Source: Candidatus Heimdallarchaeota archaeon
GTDB lineage: Archaea > Asgardarchaeota > Heimdallarchaeia > Heimdallarchaeales > Heimdallarchaeaceae
Assembly: GCA_030668875.1 (NCBI GenBank)
Contig: DAOVER010000069.1
Span: 1-13,891, forward strand
Direction of reading: 5' to 3'
Length of the DNA: 13,891 bases
The notes under the pieces were generated by a model that searched no databases, was not told the origin of the DNA, and saw nothing but the letters and a program-made list of their open reading frames with translations. Position numbers and translations under genes: made by a program. Of this stretch, positions 1 through 7,128 are shown piece by piece; the first letter of the stretch is position 1; each line of letters begins with the position of its first letter.

Positions 1-84
1 TATTACAACTTCTCCCGCCCTCATCAAGGAATAAACCTTCAAACTCCTGGTGAAAGATTTATGAATGTGCCCTTGACTCTCCAT
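1..84 (-). CDS. Possible 5' end of a gene divergent from proS, running off the window (MESQGHIHKSFTRSLKVYSLMRAGEVVI...)
   Basis: ATG at 84..82 preceded by GAGGG, frame open to position 1. Only 28 codons are visible and no family was recognised. Confidence 0.25.
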   Translation of the reverse strand, partial: MESQGHIHKSFTRSLKVYSLMRAGEVVI

Positions 85-179
85 ATGCCCTCAAGTGTAA
101 CCCATGTCTGTTGAGTTAACAAAAAAGAATAATCAATTGAAAAACTAATATAGTCCTATACTTCTTTGAGAGTGATATT

Positions 180-1652
180 ATGTCTAAAGAAAAAATGAAA
201 GGTATCTCTGTTAAGAAAAATGAAGATTTTTCTCAATGGTATACTGAGTTAATTCAAAAAGCAGAACTAGCTGATATAAGGTATAATGTTAGAGGATTGG
301 TACCTTATAGAGCTTGGGCTAGCATAACTATCCGCAAGATGTACAGAGTGTATGAAGAAACACTAGAAAGAAAGGGTCACTTGCCTTTAATCATGCCTAC
401 TTTGATTCCTGAAAGAAATTTCAGGTTAGAAGCAAAGCATGTTGAAGGTTTCTCACCGGGAGTTTTTTGGGTAACTCATGGTGGGGATAAGGAATTGGAG
501 GAAAAATTAGCCTTACGACCGACTAGTGAAACAGCTTTGTATCAGATGTATTCTCTATGGATAAGAAGTTACAATGATTTGCCTTTCAAACGTTATGTTT
601 CAGGTCAAGTGTTCCGGTATGAAGGAGCAGATACTCGAGCTTTCTTCAGGGCTAGGGAATTTCACTGGATAGAATCACATGATGTATTCGCAACAGAGGA
701 AGAAGCCAGACAGCAAGTTATTGAAGATATGGAAACAACCTATGAAATGCTTCAAGATGAATTCGCTATACCTATAATTTTCTTCCAGAGACCTGAATGG
801 GACAAGTTTCCAGGAGCTGTGCACACATATGCAGCTGATGCTTTAATGGATTCAGGTAAAGTTTTACAATTACCCTCAACACACCTACTTGGTCAAAACT
901 TCTCAATTCCCTTCGATGTTAAATTCATTGATGAGAACAATGAAGAGCAATATGGTTACATAACATGTTATGGTCCGGCGATTAGCCGTATCTATGGTGC
1001 TATGATTGCTCTACTCGGAGATGATAATGGGTTAGTTCTACCTTGGGATATGGCACCAATTCAAGTAGTTATTATTCCTATCTACAGCTCTGGCACTAAA
1101 GAGGAAGTTTTGGTAAAAGCTAGAGAGCTGGAAACTACATTGAAGAAATATATGAAGGAAACTATAATCAAATTAGATGACAGAGATTATGTCAGTCCTG
1201 GAGAAAAATTCAACGAGTGGGAACTCAAAGGAGTGCCACTAAGAATTGAAATTGGTCCTAAGGATATACAAAATGAACAGGTAGTTGCAGTAAATAGAAT
1301 CTCTGGTAAAAAAGAAAGGGTTAAGCTAGTTGACTTGAAGAATTATGCTTCAAGCTACGCGAGCAATTTCACTAAAGAGCTTAAAGAGAAATATTCAGTT
1401 CAATTTGAAACTCAGGTTCAATTAGCACAAACTGTTGATGAAGTAAAGAAAGCTATAGGTGAAAATAAGATTGTCTGTAGTGGTTTCTGTTCAATAGATC
1501 TTGATGGAGAACCTTGTGCAGAGATAATAGAAAAAGAAGTGAAAGCTTTCGTACGAGGAAAACGTGTAGATTCTGAAAAACACAAATTTGAAAAATGTGT
1601 TGTATGCGGAAAACCTGCTAAAGAAACCATATACATAGCAAGAAGCTACTAA
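180..1652 (+). CDS. proS: Prolyl-tRNA synthetase, archaeal/eukaryotic type
   Basis: 490 aa with class II aaRS motifs: LRPTSET, FRYE..TR...R.REF, RPEWDKFPGA, HLLGQNFS, TCYG, HGD-like LGDDNGLVLP, anticodon-binding domain (PGEKFNEWELKGVPLRIEIGPKD), C-terminal Cys zinc site (C..C/CVVC) and terminal ARSY. SD-like GAGAGTGA at 168-175. Confidence 0.98.
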   Translation: MSKEKMKGISVKKNEDFSQWYTELIQKAELADIRYNVRGLVPYRAWASITIRKMYRVYEETLERKGHLPLIMPTLIPERNFRLEAKHVEGFSPGVFWVTHGGDKELEEKLALRPTSETALYQMYSLWIRSYNDLPFKRYVSGQVFRYEGADTRAFFRAREFHWIESHDVFATEEEARQQVIEDMETTYEMLQDEFAIPIIFFQRPEWDKFPGAVHTYAADALMDSGKVLQLPSTHLLGQNFSIPFDVKFIDENNEEQYGYITCYGPAISRIYGAMIALLGDDNGLVLPWDMAPIQVVIIPIYSSGTKEEVLVKARELETTLKKYMKETIIKLDDRDYVSPGEKFNEWELKGVPLRIEIGPKDIQNEQVVAVNRISGKKERVKLVDLKNYASSYASNFTKELKEKYSVQFETQVQLAQTVDEVKKAIGENKIVCSGFCSIDLDGEPCAEIIEKEVKAFVRGKRVDSEKHKFEKCVVCGKPAKETIYIARSY

Positions 1653-1655
1653 ACA

Positions 1656-1687
1656 TCCTCTTCTCTTGTTTTCTTTTTTCCCCTTTT
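1656..1687 (+). terminator. Pyrimidine/U-rich archaeal-type terminator after proS
   Basis: TCCTCTTCTCTTGTTTTCTTTTTTCCCCTTTT directly after the TAA at 1650-1652. Confidence 0.5.
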
Positions 1688-1731
1688 GCAAACAGTAAAA
1701 AGTCAAATACTATTACTTTATTACAGATATA

Positions 1732-1875
1732 ATGGACAAAGAGCTTATTGCTGAAATCAAAAAATTACTTAATACTAATTCAATTAACGCAACAGCAAAT
1801 AGAAGAGGGATAACAAAAAAGATAACCTATAATCCAATCACAGGAGATGGTGGTGGAGCAGAGAGTTTTGGCTGA
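1732..1875 (+). CDS. Small hypothetical protein, 47 aa (MDKELIAEIKKLLNTNSINATANRRGITKKITYNPITGDGGGAESFG)
   Basis: ATG 1732-1734 to TGA 1873-1875. It fills the gap between proS and the convergent membrane gene, has gene-like codons and an amphipathic N-terminal helix, and is below the ORF-track length cutoff. Confidence 0.45.
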   Translation: MDKELIAEIKKLLNTNSINATANRRGITKKITYNPITGDGGGAESFG

Positions 1876-1884
1876 TCCACTCTA

Positions 1885-1906
1885 ATTCTTTTGATGCAAA
1901 AAGAAT
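1885..1906. terminator. Inverted repeat between convergent genes, possible bidirectional terminator
   Basis: ATTCTTTT (1885-1892), loop GATGCA, AAAAGAAT (1899-1906): an 8-bp AT-rich stem giving T-tracts on both strands. Confidence 0.3.
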
Positions 1907-1915
1907 AAGCGGTTA

Positions 1916-2539
1916 TCACTTTTCTGTAAGTCTTGTTTTTTTCTTCAACACAGTTATTGTCCAAATCAAGACTATCACAATCATAGCTATTAATTGATGG
2001 GGTAATGAAACAATCAAAAATTTCACATTTAAATCAACACATGCAGCTCCTACATGCAATCCAATATTAATTACAAATAAAATGAACAGCCAGAAGCATA
2101 CTTTGATATTTTCTTCTTTTAATCCCAAAGCTACCCAAATTAATAGAAAACTTAACAGAAATGTGAAATAAAACAAAATCATTGGAGAAAATGTAAACTC
2201 AGGTACAGCAATACTAAGACTTAGATAAAGTAGTGATGTTAGTATTATGAGAGAAGATATTACAATTCTTATCCATTTTCTTATTGGGTGTAACTGTTTA
2301 TTCCATTCTATTTTTTCAGCAATTTTTACAAACATATTTCTAGTTTTCATCTCTTCCCTGAAGTCTCCACTTCTTCTCATTTTGATAACTTGATAAATGG
2401 AAGTTAGAAGGAAGATTATCGAAATGCCATAGCTGATATAAATCATAAAAGGAAATAACCATATAGCAGTTTCATGAATATCTTCTGGTTTATCAAATAG
2501 GTTAGGGATAGTTTCCAATAACCAATCAGGATTTATCAA
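1916..2539 (-). CDS. Hypothetical polytopic membrane protein (about 5 TM helices)
   Basis: 207 aa with several long hydrophobic segments, basic C-tail, and tandem TGA TAA stop. The start is a TTG; the frame stays open to 2629 without an ATG, so the start is uncertain. Confidence 0.8.
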   Translation of the reverse strand: MINPDWLLETIPNLFDKPEDIHETAIWLFPFMIYISYGISIIFLLTSIYQVIKMRRSGDFREEMKTRNMFVKIAEKIEWNKQLHPIRKWIRIVISSLIILTSLLYLSLSIAVPEFTFSPMILFYFTFLLSFLLIWVALGLKEENIKVCFWLFILFVINIGLHVGAACVDLNVKFLIVSLPHQLIAMIVIVLIWTITVLKKKTRLTEK

Positions 2540-2768
2540 TATAATGGAAGATATTACTACAGAGCCAATATAATAATTGCGATAAAAACTATTTGCACAA
2601 TAATACTTACTTGAATAATAGTAGATTTCTTATCAGCTTTCTGTGTAACATTCATAATATATGTTATCTATAAAATTTCTATTTAAATACTTCTTCAAAA
2701 TCACGAATGATTACATAAGAGCATGAAGTTACAAAGGACACAAAAATATTTGAAAAAATAACTAGCAA

Positions 2769-3224
2769 TTACCATTTTTCTTTAGGCGTCGGTTTCCTAA
2801 GATTTTCATCTAGGAATTTGTTGTATCTCCTTATCAGCAATATAACGTATATATTACCCCCTATGAGATAAATTCCTAGTAATGCAAACACTGCATATGC
2901 TGCGTAATTCCACCCCAAGTCAAGGAATGCACCTGCAACAGCACCAATTCCAATTGCTCCAAAAATAAAACCTATACTGCCATATAATTTATCTACATAA
3001 AGGTGCCCAATTCCCGGAAAAAATAAGGATATCAGAGCAACGGATATACTTTTTCGTTGTAAAGCAGGAGGAGTTGGTTGATAGGGAAGAGTTTCTTCAG
3101 AAGTAGTTTTCGTCTCAACCTCCTTGTAATCAGAAGGTTTCGCCCTTCTTACTGTTGATCCACAATTGTCGCAAAATTTCTTTCCATCTTCCACCTTAGC
3201 TCCACAGTTATTACAATACAACAT
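2769..3224 (-). CDS. Zinc-ribbon domain membrane protein with TM2-like hairpin
   Basis: N-terminal YCNNCGAKVEDGKKFCDNCGS (2xCxxC zinc ribbon), Pro-rich linker, then KSISVALISLFFPGIGHLY (TM2-like) plus further TM helices. SD AGGTGA at 3231..3226. Confidence 0.85.
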   Translation of the reverse strand: MLYCNNCGAKVEDGKKFCDNCGSTVRRAKPSDYKEVETKTTSEETLPYQPTPPALQRKSISVALISLFFPGIGHLYVDKLYGSIGFIFGAIGIGAVAGAFLDLGWNYAAYAVFALLGIYLIGGNIYVILLIRRYNKFLDENLRKPTPKEKW

Positions 3225-3225
3225 A

Positions 3226-3231
3226 TCACCT
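3226..3231 (-). promoter_or_regulatory. Shine-Dalgarno site of the zinc-ribbon gene
   Basis: AGGTGA just upstream of the ATG at 3224 on the minus strand. Confidence 0.55.
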
Positions 3232-3307
3232 TAAATTTCTCTTTCCTATGCTTATCATATGGGTTAATATTTTTTGTGTTTCCCTGTATATTAATATCAT
3301 TATTTTT

Positions 3308-3322
3308 TGTGAAAAATTCACA
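3308..3322. promoter_or_regulatory. Palindromic candidate operator in a divergent promoter region
   Basis: TGTGAA-AAA-TTCACA, a perfect 6-bp inverted repeat between divergent starts at 3224 and 3390. Confidence 0.25.
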
Positions 3323-3389
3323 GTCAATTTAAAATTTAAAATTTTGTAGTTAGAAAAAATTTAAAATAAGAAATTTTATGTTTTGAAGT

Positions 3390-4202
3390 ATGAATAGGAA
3401 GAGGACACTACCACTATTACAAATAATTCTTGTGTCTCTAATCTTAAGCTCCTTTAGTTTTGATTTGACAGAATCTTATTCAGGAAATACTATTCAACCT
3501 GAGTTACATCAAATCAAGCAAGTTGCAACAGATTTCACAATTCAAGATGTCAGTACTGGGATTACGTACTCACTAAATGATTTAATTGGTCAAGTTGTAG
3601 TTCTTGATTTATTTGCTACTTGGTGTCCACCGTGTGCCGTGGCGCTTCCTTATCTAAGAGAGTTATATCTCAAATATTCTGAGGATGAGGTAAGAATTAT
3701 CTCTATAGATGTTGATAGTTCTGAATCACAATCTCTTGTTTCCCAATTCCGTCACGATAACAATATGGACTGGATAGTTGGTAGAGATACTGATGGTTCA
3801 ATATCTGCTGTTTATGGATCTGGATCAATCCCTACCTTTCACATCATCGACCAAAAGGGAAATATTCACTGGAGTGATTCTGGTTTTACTGTAGAAGAAA
3901 CATGGCCTATTATGAGTGAAACAATAGTATCCTTGTTAGAAAATTCAGAGGATCCATCCCAAAATATGTCCCCAACAACTAGAGTATTGTTAACAATCTT
4001 AGAAGTTGCAGGAGGTCTTGGAGCAGCTGTGGCAATCGTTTATGGAATATACAAGCTTAGAGCTCGTTTGATGCTTAAGAAATGCTCAAGATGTAAAAGT
4101 ACCGCCAATTCAAAGTGTTCGAAATGTGGAAGTTACACTTGCACTAATTGTTCAGGTCAAGGTTGTCCAAATTGTGGTAGTAGAAAATTCATAAGATTAT
4201 GA
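3390..4202 (+). CDS. TlpA/ResA-like thiol-disulfide oxidoreductase with signal peptide, TM anchor and C-terminal 4xCxxC zinc finger
   Basis: ATDFTIQDVSTG...VVVLDLFATWCPPC...IISIDVD...IPTFHIIDQKGNI is a redoxin fold. Hydrophobic N-terminus, TM segment VLLTILEVAGGLGAAVAIVYGIY, then CSRC-x7-CSKC-x4-CTNC-x4-CPNC. Confidence 0.9.
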   Translation: MNRKRTLPLLQIILVSLILSSFSFDLTESYSGNTIQPELHQIKQVATDFTIQDVSTGITYSLNDLIGQVVVLDLFATWCPPCAVALPYLRELYLKYSEDEVRIISIDVDSSESQSLVSQFRHDNNMDWIVGRDTDGSISAVYGSGSIPTFHIIDQKGNIHWSDSGFTVEETWPIMSETIVSLLENSEDPSQNMSPTTRVLLTILEVAGGLGAAVAIVYGIYKLRARLMLKKCSRCKSTANSKCSKCGSYTCTNCSGQGCPNCGSRKFIRL

Positions 4203-4910
4203 TTTTTCATTCAGTTCTGGTAGATGAATAGCGTATTTACATACTTCATCTCCATGCATAACGGTTTCTAATATTTCTATATCAACAGATTTCTGAAGGA
4301 TTGTTTCCCAGATGTTTTGGTAATACCCTCCACCACAATAGCAGTAGCTCTTTGGAAGAATTTTTTCTTTATCTATAAGCACATCTCTAATTCTTGGACA
4401 GTGACAAAACAGTGCGCGTTTCTTGGTAGAGTCTGTCTCCTCAAACCATTCTTTGATAAATGCACTTTTGGGTATTTTTGTGGCTATAATCTTATTACCA
4501 TCTCTTATACCTGCAAATCCCATCCTTCTATCAATAATTTCTTGAACGTACTTATCATCTAATTTTAATGCATCTTTGATAAAAATCTCAAAATCTTCTT
4601 GCATTTTTTGAATCATTAGATCGATATTCTCTGTTTCAAAATACAAGTCTCTGTAAGGTTGTAATGCTTCTGGAGATTGATGACATGCACAGCTCAGTAG
4701 TATTTTTTTTGTCTCTTCATCATTTGTTAGTGATTCAAGCTTTCTAATAGAACTATCGGACCACTTAAACACATCATCTCTATGAGATTTCTGCGAGATA
4801 TTTTCACTTCTCTTTAGTACCTTTTTTACAATTTTGTCCCCTACTTCCTCTGCAATTCCTTTTGCAAGTTTTCCAATCCAATACTTATCGAAATCGAAGC
4901 TCTCAGACAT
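4197..4910 (-). CDS. DUF6144-like Cys-rich protein (V4R/H-NOX-like C-terminus)
   Basis: 237 aa with CACH, FCHCPRIR, YCYCGGGYYQNIWETIL and EILETVMHGDEVCKYAIHL, matching my recollection of DUF6144 (not database-verified). Overlaps the preceding gene's stop by 6 nt. Confidence 0.75.
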   Translation of the reverse strand: MSESFDFDKYWIGKLAKGIAEEVGDKIVKKVLKRSENISQKSHRDDVFKWSDSSIRKLESLTNDEETKKILLSCACHQSPEALQPYRDLYFETENIDLMIQKMQEDFEIFIKDALKLDDKYVQEIIDRRMGFAGIRDGNKIIATKIPKSAFIKEWFEETDSTKKRALFCHCPRIRDVLIDKEKILPKSYCYCGGGYYQNIWETILQKSVDIEILETVMHGDEVCKYAIHLPELNEKS

Positions 4911-5051
4911 GTCTTTTCACTTTTTCTAGTTATTTTGAAATCTTTATATTTCTTTCTTTGATGATTTGTTTTTAATAGACTAGCCTTACAATCATTCAAT
5001 TTAGGAGAAAGATTAAAATTGATTAACTGTTTATTATTATTTTGAGGATAC

Positions 5052-5819
5052 ATGAGTGAAATTTACGTTTGCTTAACTTTTGATTTTGATGCAGAAAGTG
5101 CACAGATTAGACAAGATGAGGACCCAGGTCGAATATCTAAGGGGCAATTTGCTATTCAAAGAGGACTTGTTAGGGTCCTAGCTCTTCTTGCTAAGCATGA
5201 AATAAAATCAACTTTTTTTGTGTGTGGATGGGTTGCTGAAAAATACCCACAGCATATTGAAGAGATTAGTAATGCTGAACATGAAGTAGCAGCACATGGA
5301 TATCAACATGAGTATCTTGATAGACTAGAATTTAATGAAGAAATTATAGTTCATGAGCATACTAACCAAGTACTTGAAAGTATGGTAGGGAGGATTAGAG
5401 GCTTTAGGGCTCCTTATTGGAAATTATCTAAGAATACCTTAACTATAATTGCAGAAATGGGATACATCTATGATTCTTCTTTGATGGACGAAGATCGACC
5501 TTATGTCTACTCAGTTCCAGAGTCACCTAAAAATTTAGTGGAATTTCCTGTCGAATGGTTTCTTGATGATTGGGTACTATTTGAACAGCATCAAAAATCT
5601 CCAACTGAAGTTTTTGAAATTTGGAAAGCACAATTTGATGCTTTACAAAAGATGGAAGATCTTAAAGAGAGGAGGAAGGTTTTAACACTAACATGTCATC
5701 CAAGCTGCATCGGTCACGCTTATAGATTAAATGTTTTAGAACGTTTTATCAGGTATATGAAATCTAAACAAGTTGTCTTTGTTAAAATGGTTGATTTGGC
5801 ATCAGATTACCTTCTGTAG
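5052..5819 (+). CDS. Polysaccharide deacetylase family protein (NodB homology, CE4; PuuE/HpPgdA-like)
   Basis: CLTFDFD, STFFVCG, HEVAAHGYQH metal motif, GFRAPYW, YDSSLMDEDRPY, LTCHPSCIG. SD GAGGA upstream. Confidence 0.92.
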   Translation: MSEIYVCLTFDFDAESAQIRQDEDPGRISKGQFAIQRGLVRVLALLAKHEIKSTFFVCGWVAEKYPQHIEEISNAEHEVAAHGYQHEYLDRLEFNEEIIVHEHTNQVLESMVGRIRGFRAPYWKLSKNTLTIIAEMGYIYDSSLMDEDRPYVYSVPESPKNLVEFPVEWFLDDWVLFEQHQKSPTEVFEIWKAQFDALQKMEDLKERRKVLTLTCHPSCIGHAYRLNVLERFIRYMKSKQVVFVKMVDLASDYLL

Positions 5820-5919
5820 AGTCTTCTTTACACACCATTTGGATACTTATCTTCAATCACAGGTTGGAAAACGCTGAAAGAAGTCATAAAATGTATTACG
5901 AATATATCCAATGTTAAGA

Positions 5920-7044
5920 TTATGGCGCATCTCTAATATCTTTTATTTTAATTTCCTTGAAATTGTTTCTAACCGAGCGGAGTATTGCCAAACCTATCTT
6001 AAGGATATATCTTGCTTCCATTGGATTAAGTTCTATTTCTCTATCTTCTCTTATTCCTTCTATGAATTCTCTTGAACAATTTACAAAGGAGGACATCCAA
6101 TCAGTATCCATTTCTGTATTCGAGTGCCATTTACCTTTCTCATCTATCCAATGAACACCAGCTTGACCAGGGGCACTAGAACCACAATTTTCAAAGAAGC
6201 TACCTGTGCATCCTGGAATGAATATTGCACCCTTTTCACCCACAATTTCAACATATTCATCAGATGCATAATAATTTGATTCCATTGGCATGAATTTGTG
6301 AACGCTTACATTCCATGTTGCATAATGAGATTTGTTCTTGCATGAATAGATGACTACTGAAGGAGTATCGTGTTTTAGAACACCTTTAATTCTGAAATTG
6401 CCTTGCCATGTAAGTACAGAATCTATAGGTTCACCTAAGAATTGTGATATCATACTATGTTTGTGATAGCCATCATCAAAAAGTTGTGGGGAATTATAAT
6501 TTCCTTTCTCACTAAATCGCCATTTCCATGAAGATAAAGGCACTTTCCATCCAGAAAGAGAACTTAAAGCGTTCCACATTCTATAATCCACTCTTTCAGT
6601 TTTACCAATTACTCCTTTGTTAATAAGATCCATTGCAAATTGATATGGGGGATAGAATCTAAAGTTTTCAAAAATCCTGAATTTCACTTTGTTCTTTTTA
6701 GTTGCTTCAATCATTTTATCCATCTGTGACAAAGTAAGACAAGGAACTTTTTGAAGTGAGATATGTTTTCCTGCTTCAGCTGCAAGAATAGTTTGCTTGG
6801 CATGAACTTGATGTGGCGTTAATATTTCAACAGCATCTATATTTTCATCTTGAAGGAATTTTTCATAGTCTGTATATACTCCCTCAATGTTGTATTCTTT
6901 AGCTATTTTTTATTCTCTATTCTTGTTCTTATCACACACTGCTACAAGTTCAGCATCCACATTGTATTTCTTATTATACGCTTCCAAATGCAGAGAACTA
7001 ATTCTTCCTAATCCTACTATCCCCACTTTGATCTGATCATTCAT
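5920..7044 (-). pseudogene. Gfo/Idh/MocA family NAD(P)-dependent oxidoreductase interrupted by one in-frame TAA
   Basis: Hand translation from ATG 7044: MNDQIKVGIVGLGRISSLHLEAYNKKYNVDAELVAVCDKNKNRE*KIAKEYNIEGVYTDYEKFLQDENIDAVEILTPHQVHAKQTILAAEAGKHISLQKVPCLTLSQMDKM..., in frame with the 270-aa track ORF. Rossmann GxGxI, TPH and QKxP motifs present. The stop is at 6912..6910 (codon 45). Confidence 0.85.
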
Positions 7045-7128
7045 GTCTTATTCGTTTGTTTTTCTATCAGCCTTCTTAAAAATATGTTGGAGAGCTTCAA
7101 AACTAATTTGTTAGATAATGATTAATAT

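Noticed and set aside
1418-1706. Track ORFs 1418..1636 (-) and 1491..1706 (-)
   Set aside because: Antisense to the conserved proS C-terminus and its terminator; no recognisable features.
1732-1875. Lasso-peptide or other RiPP precursor call for the small ORF
   Set aside because: There is no YxxPxL leader, Thr(-2)/Gly1/Asp-Glu 7-9 spacing does not fit, and no maturation enzymes are nearby. Kept only as a small unknown ORF.
3612-3635. WCPPC as a eukaryote-like nucleoredoxin/tryparedoxin signature
   Set aside because: The same motif is common in prokaryotic TlpA-family proteins and the flanking sequence is TlpA-like.
4317-5053. Track ORFs 4317..4562 (+) and 4841..5053 (-)
   Set aside because: They overlap the DUF6144-like gene or span the AT-rich divergent promoter, and their composition is not gene-like.
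5820-5919. 19-25-aa minus-strand mini-ORFs between the deacetylase and the oxidoreductase
   Set aside because: Too short, no SD or recognisable motif; expected by chance.
5957-6154. Track ORF 5957..6154 (+)
   Set aside because: Antisense shadow of the oxidoreductase.
6910-6912. Selenocysteine, pyrrolysine or alternative genetic code at the internal stop
   Set aside because: The codon is TAA, not TGA or TAG; it is at a non-catalytic position, and TAA ends several intact genes in the window.
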